From an uncultured Candidatus Saccharibacteria bacterium (GTDB lineage: Bacteria; Patescibacteriota; Saccharimonadia; Saccharimonadales; Saccharimonadaceae), in assembly GCA_964581485.1 (NCBI GenBank), contig CAZOOQ010000001.1, positions 8,529-64,273 on the forward strand: DNA of 55,745 bases, written 5' to 3'. The translations under genes and the position numbers were made by a program. A model generated the notes under the pieces. That model was not told the origin of the DNA. It ran no database searches and was given only the letters and a program-made list of their open reading frames with translations. This document shows positions 44,520 to 53,745 of the stretch, piece after piece (the stretch's first letter is position 1; every line of letters starts with the position of its first letter).

Positions 44520-47416
44520 TTATACCCTAGCCATTTGCTTTACTTCATCGACCGTCAGTATCCGTACGTCTGTCTGGTCGTAGGTATAGCGAAACAGTAT
44601 TTGTCGGCCATCTCGAATAGTTAGTTTATGCGGCAATGAATTGGCAGCCGATATTGGAAATTCATAAATCATCGGTACCGCTTTATCGCCTTTGTAATGC
44701 AATTTATATATGGCACCACCGATTTCGATTTCAGTTGGCATATTCTCTTCTATGGTTCGGAGGTTTTCAGGGCTAATATATTGTACATAGGTGATACCGA
44801 GCGCGCGTATGTTAGCATCGAGCTCACCGACGCTCCCAGCATTTTCTGCTGCACCATGCACAATAGCTTTGAGGTCATGGTCGCTCAACAGCTCTTTGTC
44901 AAAATAGTAGTTTTGTTGTTTTTTTGGCACCCGCTTACTTAAATCTTCAAGCCAGCGCTTAAGTTGTCGTAGCTCTTTGAGGGCAGGGCCAGCCTTATCA
45001 TTTGCATACTCTGCGAGCAGCGCTGTCTTGTCGGGTGACGTCGCTCGATCTGTCGTTTTGCTTCTCCCAGTCCGCAGCCTCCCGATAAACGCATCGGTAA
45101 TGAGTTGCAAGCGCCCATCAGGCCCAACAGCGGTCAAGTGTCGTACATCTAATGCCTGTTGACCAAGTGCTCGCCGCACTGCAGTGCGCGACGTTAGGAA
45201 TCCCTTGTCGATGATATTGACCGTATCGCCATCGTGATTCATGTACCACCTTGGGTAACCAGCCACAATACTTTCTTTTGGCAACTGCATCGCAGCCATG
45301 ACGCTTCTTTTGCCGATTTGGCGATCAAACCCGTACTCCTTCTCTCGCTCAGGCCCCAAGATATTACGAAACCACACAAACGGCTGGTTATCCTGCTTCT
45401 CTCCGTAACGATCCACTTTTCTACGGCCGCGATTGACTCGTCGCCGCACTTCTTCGTAGACAAGATGAGGCATCCCCGTCAAAAATAATTCATGCAACCC
45501 TGCTCGCTCGCTCGCCGTCAACGTATTGCTTAGTCTATGCTCATTGTCGTATGCAATCCCGGCGCGCATACAAATTTTATGAAATTGCTTATACGCACGA
45601 ACAGCATTTGGCGCATCTATGCCACTCAAGCCGAGGCCATCGACGTCAACTGCCTCATCATTGAAATACTTTACCGCCCCCATAAACAGGTCGAGCTCTG
45701 CAGTGAAATCGTCTTTCGTTTCGGCGGACAGCCGTTCGTTTCGCTTCTCCAGCTTTTCTCCCCCTAGCCCACCAGCTTCAATCGCGGCTGCAATTGCGGC
45801 AATTTGTCTTTGCTGAGCTTCTGAGCCTTTTTCGAGCGCCTCAACAAGCGCCCGCGCCAACTCAGGTCGCAGTGGAAATACATCCATTTTCTTCCCGATA
45901 GCGGTCGCTCTATTTGCTCCGTCAACTGCACCCATCAGTCGTAGTACCGCGTAGGCTTCTTTGATTGTCCCCTGCGTCACTTTGTGAATCAAATAGGCAT
46001 TGAGCATGTAAAAATCTCTATCCATCGCAGCGGCACTCAGGACATTGCGTGTAATTACTGTGTGGTAGATATCTGCCGGAATATGCTCTTCGCGTACATC
46101 AGAGTGAAAAGGTACGAATTCTCCTAGCTCCACTCCTCGCCTCGACATACCTTCGATTGGAGTCGCCAAAAAGAACTTTGCGCCCGGAGTATCACGCCCG
46201 CCACGGCCCATCTGCTGTATCAATTCTGCTCGTGAACAAAGTCGCCGAGGCAACCCTGAGGCATTTTCGTCATCAAGCTCAGGGCTCTTTGTCCAGCCGT
46301 CGCTAATCACTCGGTCAAGACCTGGAATCGTCAGGCCCGACTGGCCTGCAGAGGTCGATACAATCACCGTGTGTACGCCAGGCTGATCAATACCATAGAA
46401 AATCTCTTGGCGCATCGCATCGTCTATTTTTGAAGCAATACCAGCACCTTTACTCGATCTCCGTAGCGCGCCTCTATCTCTTCTTGGATAGCCTTGACCG
46501 AGCGCTTCCCATCAGTAAATATCATCGTTTTATTGCCAGACTCTAGGCACTCTTCCGCAAATACATCAATCACACTTTTGTCAGGTCGCTCCAGCTGCTC
46601 GATTGTATGCGGCCTGCCTTCCACCGCGATACTTGGGATAGGCTTGCCATTGATAGGTGTGTACGCGTCTTGAATCTCTTTTTCATTGAGCGTCGCACTC
46701 ATAAGCACCATGTTCCACGACTCATGATCGGTCATCAACTCAGCCGCAGTCGCAATGGCAAACTCTGTTTCGATATTGCCTTCGTGCACTTCGTCCGCCA
46801 CGATGAGCACACGTTCATCTTGCCACTGCTCACGCAATTCCGGTGCGCGCTTTTTAAATACCGCCGATGTCATGACCTGAATGATACTTTCTGAGTGCAG
46901 CGTCGACCGCTCGGAGTGCGCCATACCGATGAGATGCTCTGGCATTGCGAGGCCTCGGTCGGTAAACTGCTGGCTCAACTCGGCTTCGATTCGTTCAGAA
47001 ATACCGTCAGTTGTGACCCGCCGTGGCTGCAAATACACAATCCTGTCGTACCCCATTTCAAGCGCATACTGCGCAAGCTGTGTTGACTTTCCACTGCCCG
47101 TTTCGCCCGCCAGCAAAGAGATGCGGTTCGTTGCAATCGTTTTCATGATGTCATGGCGGTATCGCTCGATTGGCAAATCCTTATTGCCAAAACTATGCCA
47201 CCCTTCCCTGCCTTGCTCAAACCGCGCTGTCCGCCACTGACGCTCCAGTTGGTCATAGCGAATTTTATCAAGCAATCTCTGCCGTTCAGTCTGCCCAATT
47301 TGGTAGGGAACGTTTGAAGCATCTAGCCTGACCTCACGCGAAGGACGATAACCGAATCGGTCAGACCCGGATATCCCTTTTATTGCTCGACCCTTGCTTT
47401 TTGGACTCATACTCAT
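44520..47416 (-). pseudogene. HrpA-like DEAH-box helicase split by a 1-nt frameshift near 46430
   Basis: Upstream ORF carries GETGSGKST, QPRR, DEVH, MSAT. Downstream ORF carries STSAGQSGLTIPG, QQMGRGGR and an HA2-like region, in the -1 frame. Confidence 0.8.
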
Positions 47417-47479
47417 CTCAGCTTAGCAGGGGTCGATAGAACATAAAACCTTGAGCGTGATACAAGCTTTGCGCTGCAC

Positions 47480-47507
47480 AAAAAACCGCCCATGCTTCAG
47501 GGCGGTT
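47480..47507 (-). terminator. Intrinsic terminator of mscL
   Basis: AACCGCCC-8 nt-GGGCGGTT with a U-tract on the minus strand. Confidence 0.8.
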
Positions 47508-47526
47508 CGTCATGATAGCAGAGAGG

Positions 47527-47910
47527 CTAATCTTTCTTCTTGTCCATACGGTCGAGCTTGGCCATGTGAATCACGAGGTACACCACGAGCGCAGTTGCCG
47601 TCAACGTGATGAGCGAGCTGAGGATCGCACCCCAGCCAATCGCAACTTCTGCGTGGTCGGCGGTCTTTTCCATGATGACCCATTTCACGCTGTTGAGGTC
47701 GACACCTTGTGTCATCAGTGCCACGATTGGCGACACGAGCTCATCGACAATCACCTTGACGCTCGCGCCAGCTGCGGTACCGATTGCCAGACCGACAGCC
47801 AGGCCCACGACACCTTGTTCACGAATAAAATTTAGGAACCCTGATCCGTGGCCAGTCGCCAATCCTTTGACGCGTGCCGCGCGGGTTGCTTGTCCATTTT
47901 TTGTTGCCAT
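47527..47910 (-). CDS. mscL: Large-conductance mechanosensitive channel
   Basis: FLNFIREQGVVGLAVGLAIG, two TM helices. Confidence 0.9.
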   Translation of the reverse strand: MATKNGQATRAARVKGLATGHGSGFLNFIREQGVVGLAVGLAIGTAAGASVKVIVDELVSPIVALMTQGVDLNSVKWVIMEKTADHAEVAIGWGAILSSLITLTATALVVYLVIHMAKLDRMDKKKD

Positions 47911-47988
47911 TACAACTTCTCTCCTGTGTTATTACTGGTGGAATTATATCGATATGATGTGAGAAAGGCAAGGAGGAGCAGTGCTGCA

Positions 47989-48022
47989 TGGGCGGGGACG
48001 CATACATCTGCGTCCCCGCCCA
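47989..48022. repeat. Perfect 14-bp GC-rich stem-loop without U-tract
   Basis: TGGGCGGGGACGCA-tacatc-TGCGTCCCCGCCCA. Confidence 0.85.
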
Positions 48023-48028
48023 CTGTTG

Positions 48029-48286
48029 TCAGTTAGCGTGCTTCAGCCGAAGGATGATCGGCCGCTCATCGTGGCCGATGTACTGCTGCCAGCAACGGTG
48101 ACGAGAGACCTTACCATCTCGAATCAACCGGCCCAGCGCGCGCTTGACCTGGGTGTTGCTCCAGGCCGAATTGAGGCCCAGCACTTCGATCAGCTCGCTT
48201 TCGCTGCACGCACGGACATCCGTGCCTGTGAGCTCGGCATCGCTGAGTCGGTCGAGAATCTCTGCCATCAAACAGCTGTCAGCCAT
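48029..48286 (-). CDS. Small protein, possible winged-helix fold
   Basis: Strong AAGGAGGAG SD, extended -10 TGATATAAT upstream, ELIEVLG...QVKRALGRLIRDGKV pattern. Confidence 0.6.
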   Translation of the reverse strand: MADSCLMAEILDRLSDAELTGTDVRACSESELIEVLGLNSAWSNTQVKRALGRLIRDGKVSRHRCWQQYIGHDERPIILRLKHAN

Positions 48287-48401
48287 TTGCTCCTCCTTGA
48301 AAGGTCCGAGAGCACCACGGTGGTGCCCTGTTGGGGGAAGTCTACTGCAAGGGATTGCGAGACTTCTGATAATATATTATATCATATATCCTTTATAAAT
48401 A

Positions 48402-50075
48402 CTAGAGTCGCTCTGGCGCAGCAATTCCCAGTAGCGCCAGCCCCTCGGCAAGTGTGTCCCGGTACATACTGGTTAGCCGGGCACGCTCACCCTCTCGTGC
48501 GTCACCTACTATTCTGGCTCGTTCATAAAATCGATTAAATTCTTGCGCGAGCTCATACAAGTAGTGGCAGATGCCATGCAGCGCGTACTCCGTCGCTGCG
48601 CGCTCAATCACTTCGTTGTACTCTCCGAGTTTTCGCAGCAAGACTCGCTCATCGGCATCATACTCAGCAGCAACCACTGGCTCAGCCGTCACTTTCGCCA
48701 GTATCGAGCAAGCCCGCGCATGCGCATACTGCAGGTACGGCCCGCTATTGCCCGCCAGGCTCACTGTCTCGTCGATATCAAAGGCGATATCACCGCCAAA
48801 TTTGTACTTCGCAAACGCATATTTGATCGCACCCAGCGTCACGGCATCGCGCTGCGACTCATCCTGCACCAGCTCTGCTACTTTTTCGCGAACTGCGTCG
48901 ATTGCTTCGACTGCGCGAGTGACGTTCCCCAGGCGTGAACTCATTTTTTGTCCATCGGCAAATTTCACTGTGCCGTTGGTGAGGTGCGTCATCGTACCCG
49001 CGAGCTCTGGACGAAATTCCTCTGCTGCTGCAAACACCACGCGCATATATTCTTTTTGGTCGTTCCCAGTGATCAAAATCCGCTGCGAGAAGTCATAATC
49101 AGCCTTTTCCAGCCAGATGACTCCGATATCTTTCGTCTCATAGGTCGGCAAACCCTGGCTCGTCACAAACACACGCGTGTGCAGGTGCTTACTCTCGTCG
49201 CCCTCGTATACCACCGCGCCTTCGGACCGCTTCAGCACGCCCTTTTCGAGCTGCTCCGCAACGACGTTCATACCGACTGGTGCTGTCTGACTTTCTGGGT
49301 AGTACTTCATATGATCGACTCGTATCAAGTCATAAAACGCCTCAAAATAATCAAAACTCCACTGCCGCGTCATCCAATATAGCTTCGCGAGGGGCGACTC
49401 ATGATCGTTGTCAGTGTGAAGTGCATACACGGCTTTGTTGAGTGCCACGATCTGCTCTTTTGCTGCCTCATCATCCTCATACGCAGCCGCGCCTTTGACA
49501 TACTGCTCGCTGATCCAGCGCGCCCGAGCAAACGCCTCTGCTGGCACCGTGTCGAGCTGCTCATAGGCATTTTCACCGAGCGTGGTTTGCATCCCGTAGA
49601 GGCATTTCGCGACGTGCAGCCCCACATCGCCACCAAAACTCGTGCGGTGCACGGTGGCACCTGCAGCTTCGAGCAGCCGCGCCAGCCCGTCGCCATACAT
49701 CGTCTGGTACAAATGGCCCGTATGCAATTCTTTGAAGGCATTTGGACAGCTGTATTCTTGGACGTACGTCTTGCCATCAAGTACGCGCTGCGGCGCTGCG
49801 GCTGCTAGTTCGTAGAGTGCCGCATCGCTCAGTCGCAGGTTGATAAACCCTGGACCCGCTACCGTGACCTCTGTGAACTGCCCATGCTCACGTAGTTTCT
49901 CAGCCAGAGCTTCCGCAATCTCTCGGGGATTTTTGCCCACCACTCGCGCTAGCTGCATGGCCGTATTTGTCGCTGCATCACCAAACTGCGCCTCAGGACG
50001 ATCAAGCGTCACCTCTACATCTTGCGAGTAGAGGTCACGTACAGCGTCGCCAATCAATAAACGAATAGACTCCAT
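48402..50075 (-). CDS. argS: Arginine--tRNA ligase
   Basis: AGPGFIN, EYSCPNAFKELHTGH, KMSSRLG, GNSGPYLQYAHAR. Confidence 0.97.
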   Translation of the reverse strand: MESIRLLIGDAVRDLYSQDVEVTLDRPEAQFGDAATNTAMQLARVVGKNPREIAEALAEKLREHGQFTEVTVAGPGFINLRLSDAALYELAAAAPQRVLDGKTYVQEYSCPNAFKELHTGHLYQTMYGDGLARLLEAAGATVHRTSFGGDVGLHVAKCLYGMQTTLGENAYEQLDTVPAEAFARARWISEQYVKGAAAYEDDEAAKEQIVALNKAVYALHTDNDHESPLAKLYWMTRQWSFDYFEAFYDLIRVDHMKYYPESQTAPVGMNVVAEQLEKGVLKRSEGAVVYEGDESKHLHTRVFVTSQGLPTYETKDIGVIWLEKADYDFSQRILITGNDQKEYMRVVFAAAEEFRPELAGTMTHLTNGTVKFADGQKMSSRLGNVTRAVEAIDAVREKVAELVQDESQRDAVTLGAIKYAFAKYKFGGDIAFDIDETVSLAGNSGPYLQYAHARACSILAKVTAEPVVAAEYDADERVLLRKLGEYNEVIERAATEYALHGICHYLYELAQEFNRFYERARIVGDAREGERARLTSMYRDTLAEGLALLGIAAPERL

Positions 50076-50118
50076 AACTGGAGCCTATTATACAACAGAG
50101 GCGGTTGCTTCGGGTTAT

Positions 50119-50280
50119 CTAAGCAGCCGCTTCTTCGTCAAATGCCAGCACTTCAGACTGGTTGTACACCGATACCGGTGCAATCCCACGAGAGTGCGCA
50201 CTGAGCAATACCGCACGAAGCATATCCGTATCGTCTTGCGTCAATGTGTCATCGATTTGTGTTTGTTTTTCTTCTGCCAT
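50119..50280 (-). CDS. 53-aa acidic small protein (below ORF-track cutoff)
   Basis: MAEEKQTQIDDTLTQDDTDMLRAVLLSAHSRGIAPVSVYNQSEVLAFDEEAAA; TGCTAATAT 6 nt before the ATG. Confidence 0.6.
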   Translation of the reverse strand: MAEEKQTQIDDTLTQDDTDMLRAVLLSAHSRGIAPVSVYNQSEVLAFDEEAAA

Positions 50281-50311
50281 AGTTTCATATTAGCACAAAC
50301 GGTATGAAATG

Positions 50312-51925
50312 TCAAGTAGTCTTAGAGTCACCTCTAGCTGCGCGGATGAGGCCAGAGAAGAGCGGGTGCGGACGCGTCGGGCGCGAGCGAAATTCGGGGT
50401 GAGCTTGGGTAGCGATGAAGTACGGGTGATCCACGGCTTCGACAAATTCGACGAGCTTGCCGTCGGGACTCGTACCGCTAATCACGAGACCGCCACACTC
50501 ATAGGCTTCGCGGTACTTCTGGTTCACCTCGTAGCGGTGGCGGTGGCGCTCGACGATGTCTTGCTCGCCGTAGAGTCGGTACGCAAGCGAATCGATGTCG
50601 AGGTGCGCGGGGTAATCCCCGAGTCGCAGCGTACCGCCGGTTGATTCTTTGCCTGCTTGGCCATCCATGATATAGACGACTGGTGCGCTGGTGTCTGCAT
50701 CAAATTCGGTGCTATTTGCGCCTTCGAGCCCGGCTTTGCGAGCGGCTGCGACGACCGCGACTTGCAGACCAAGGCAGATACCAAGATATGGCATATTGTG
50801 GTCGAGCGCGTAGCGGGCAGCTGCAATCTTGCCTTCGACGCCGCGCGTACCAAACCCACCAGGAACGAGCAATCCATCGACGGCAGCGAAATCTTCGTCG
50901 CCCGCCGTTTCTGCATTGATCCACTGCACCTCGAGACCTACTCCATCGCGCCAGGCGGCGGCCTTTAGCGCTTCGAGCACCGAGATGTAGGTGTCTTCGT
51001 TGTCCATGTATTTCGCGACCAGGCCGATACGCACCTCTTGGCTGACTGGCGCTAGCTGGCGCTCCAGCAGGTCTCGCCATTTGCTGAGGTCTGGTTTGTT
51101 GGTGGTGTGGGTAAACTTGTCGAGCAGGGGCATCAGACTGCTCTCTGCGATAATTTCTGGGATACGAAATACGCTGTCGACATTTGGCATCATGAGGACT
51201 GCTTCTTCTGGCACGCCGCCAAACATAGCGATTTTGCGGGCGATTGACTCTGGCGCCGGGTCGTCGGTGCGCACGATCACGACATCAGGCACGATGCCAA
51301 ATCCACGCAGATCGCTCAGCGCGTTCTGAGCTGGTTTGCTCTTGAATTCTTTGCTCGTCCCAATAAATGGCACGTAGACAACATGCACGTAGAGCGCGTT
51401 TTCGCGGCCGACTTTGCGACCAAATTCACGGATTGCTTCGACAAAGCTCAGGCCCTCGTAGTCGCCTACCGTGCCGCCGATTTCGACGAAATGCACGTCG
51501 CTGCCCTGGCTAGCTTCGATGATTGACTCCTGGATCGCTCCTGTCAGGTGAGGCACCAACTGGATAGTTTTGCCGCCAAATTTGCCAGCTCGCTCGTCGG
51601 CGATGAGGTCGCACAGCAGCCGCCCACTGAGCGTGGCGTTTTTTTGCTCGAGCTCGATATCGAGAAATCGTTCGTAGTGACCCAGATCGAGATCAGTCTC
51701 GGCGCCGTCCTTCGTCACGAAGCACTCGCCATGCTCCGCAGGATTCAAAAGACCCGCATCTACATTGAGATACGGGTCGCATTTTTGAATAGAAACAGTC
51801 AGGCCCTTGGCCTTGAGCACAGCACCCATGCTGGCCGCGGTAATTCCCTTTCCTACCCCGGAGAGAACACCCCCTGTCACGAAAATATATTGTGTCTTTT
51901 TGTCCATGTGATTCTTCACCCCCAT
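50312..51925 (-). CDS. pyrG: CTP synthase (start 51925 or 51907)
   Basis: TGGVLSGVGKG, KCDPYLNVD, PGGFG, GICLG, ERHRHRYE, QAHPEF. Confidence 0.97.
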   Translation of the reverse strand: MGVKNHMDKKTQYIFVTGGVLSGVGKGITAASMGAVLKAKGLTVSIQKCDPYLNVDAGLLNPAEHGECFVTKDGAETDLDLGHYERFLDIELEQKNATLSGRLLCDLIADERAGKFGGKTIQLVPHLTGAIQESIIEASQGSDVHFVEIGGTVGDYEGLSFVEAIREFGRKVGRENALYVHVVYVPFIGTSKEFKSKPAQNALSDLRGFGIVPDVVIVRTDDPAPESIARKIAMFGGVPEEAVLMMPNVDSVFRIPEIIAESSLMPLLDKFTHTTNKPDLSKWRDLLERQLAPVSQEVRIGLVAKYMDNEDTYISVLEALKAAAWRDGVGLEVQWINAETAGDEDFAAVDGLLVPGGFGTRGVEGKIAAARYALDHNMPYLGICLGLQVAVVAAARKAGLEGANSTEFDADTSAPVVYIMDGQAGKESTGGTLRLGDYPAHLDIDSLAYRLYGEQDIVERHRHRYEVNQKYREAYECGGLVISGTSPDGKLVEFVEAVDHPYFIATQAHPEFRSRPTRPHPLFSGLIRAARGDSKTT

Positions 51926-52073
51926 GGAATTCCAATATAGCACGAAGTCAGTCTTCTACGCTATATCTAGCGTGCTATGTTGTACATTCTACCCTACACC
52001 TAGTGGAAAGTCTTCAAGGCAGTCGCACGCATAGCGCGACTTCAAGAGGAGCGACTTCGGTTGTTTTCACAAT

Positions 52074-52877
52074 TTATGAAGAGCCGACCTGGAGCAACAT
52101 CATACTCACTGCCACCGCTACCATACCACCGAGCATGCCGTATATTGATTGGTGGTCGTGCGTTTGGTAACGCTTGGCAGCGGGCAACAGCTCGTCCAGC
52201 GCGATAAATACCATCATGCCGGCCGTGAGTCCGTAGAGCAGGCCGAAGAACTCTTGTGAGACCACGTGCGACACTAGCAGTACACCCACTAGTGCTCCGA
52301 TAGGCTCTGTTAGCCCAGATAGGGTCGCCCACCAAAACGCCTTTTTGCGGCTCTTGGTAGCGGCATATACTGGTGCCGCCACCGCGATACCTTCGGGGAT
52401 GTTATGGATGGCAATCGCTACCGCCAGCGGCAACCCCACCGAGATGCTCTGGTAGCTCGCAAAAAACGTCGACATGCCCTCTGGAAAGTTATGTAGCGCC
52501 AGCACGACGCCGACCAATATACCACTGCGCATCAGCCGCTTGCCGTCGCGCACTTCGCTCTTGCTGCGCGTTTCTTCGCGACCCTCGATTTCGGCTGGAT
52601 TCACCGACTTTGGCACGACGCGGTCAATCAGCAGCACCAGCGCAATCCCTGCAAAAAACGCCAAGAACGTGAGTAGCTGCGCGTGCAAATCGCCGCCAAA
52701 GCTCTTCAGTCCAATTGGAAGTAATTCAACAAACGATACAAACACCATCGCCCCCGCCGCGAAGGCCAGGCTCATCGCCACAAACCCACGCTCGACACCG
52801 CGCCGATGTGTCGCGAGCAAGCCACCGATCGAGGTCGCTAGGCCCGCCGCAAGAGAAAGCAAAAATGCCACTATCAT
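52074..52877 (-). CDS. zupT: ZIP-family metal transporter
   Basis: HNFPEG and HNIPEG motifs, eight TM helices. Confidence 0.92.
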   Translation of the reverse strand: MIVAFLLSLAAGLATSIGGLLATHRRGVERGFVAMSLAFAAGAMVFVSFVELLPIGLKSFGGDLHAQLLTFLAFFAGIALVLLIDRVVPKSVNPAEIEGREETRSKSEVRDGKRLMRSGILVGVVLALHNFPEGMSTFFASYQSISVGLPLAVAIAIHNIPEGIAVAAPVYAATKSRKKAFWWATLSGLTEPIGALVGVLLVSHVVSQEFFGLLYGLTAGMMVFIALDELLPAAKRYQTHDHQSIYGMLGGMVAVAVSMMLLQVGSS

Positions 52878-52947
52878 GGCTTTATTGTAGCGCTATCTCG
52901 GCACACCTCAAAGAACAGTCACGACCCACTATCAATCAGCCTCCATA

Positions 52948-53385
52948 CTAGTGGCGCTGAGCATCAGTATTCTGAAAAAAATGTTCGAGTTGACGGTCGC
53001 GCTGTTCGTGTGTCATCTGGCCATTTGCCCGCGCCCAGTTATCTTCGGCGATGCGGGTGATAGCTTGCCCGCCAAACAATACCGCAGCGAGTATCAGATT
53101 GACTAGTACTATCGCGACCGGCAATCTCGCAGACAACTGCAGAGTCCTCTCCTGTCGATAGAGTTGCGCAATACTCATGACAGCGATACCAAGCAGCGCC
53201 AGAAACACCACAACGCCGGGAATAACCGCATGACTGAGATACGCAAGCGGCTGCCATACATCGATATTGTTGGGGTTGGCGAGCTTAAACAAACTCCCCG
53301 ACAGTGTGCCGACAGCCATTGCGGCAGGAAAAGCTATCGCCGCACAGCATATCGCAAGTGATCGGTGGCGCAAAGATTTCTTCAT
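52948..53385 (-). CDS. Hypothetical membrane protein (3 TM)
   Basis: GAGGAG SD, TGCTATACT upstream, hydrophobic helices. Confidence 0.7.
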   Translation of the reverse strand: MKKSLRHRSLAICCAAIAFPAAMAVGTLSGSLFKLANPNNIDVWQPLAYLSHAVIPGVVVFLALLGIAVMSIAQLYRQERTLQLSARLPVAIVLVNLILAAVLFGGQAITRIAEDNWARANGQMTHEQRDRQLEHFFQNTDAQRH

Positions 53386-53745
53386 ATCACATCTCCTCGT
53401 TTAGTGTCTCTAGTATAGCAAACAGACACTTCAAGTACCCTTCAGCACCACAAAAGCTACAAAAAGGATAATCCCTTAACAGATGAGCTAACTTGCCAAA
53501 CACTTGTGGATGGTCAGTCAGAAATAATAGTCTGTAGCGGTTCATCTAGCGCAATGCGCGGCCAGGCAACAACTTTACGGGATCGCCGTATAAATATCGC
53601 AGCTGATAGACGCCGTTGTGCCGAACGCTGCGCGTGGTACATGTCACGCATCGACTGCGCACAGGTAGCGCCTAATTTTGTAGCGCTGCAGGCACTTCAT
53701 TGATATCGATGTTGACAAATTTTACTTCGATCTCAGGTGTCGTAG

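Noticed and set aside
47981-48538. Plus-strand 185-aa ORF after AAGGAGGAG
   Set aside because: The GTG is only 2 nt from the SD, the ORF overlaps argS antisense, and the product has no recognisable features. The SD-like word is better explained as the anti-SD arm.
53410-53740. tmRNA, RNase P RNA or a gene in the 330-nt gap after nrdB
   Set aside because: No tmRNA termini or RNase P GAGGAAAGUCC motif; the 65-aa plus ORF lacks SD or promoter support. Left unexplained.
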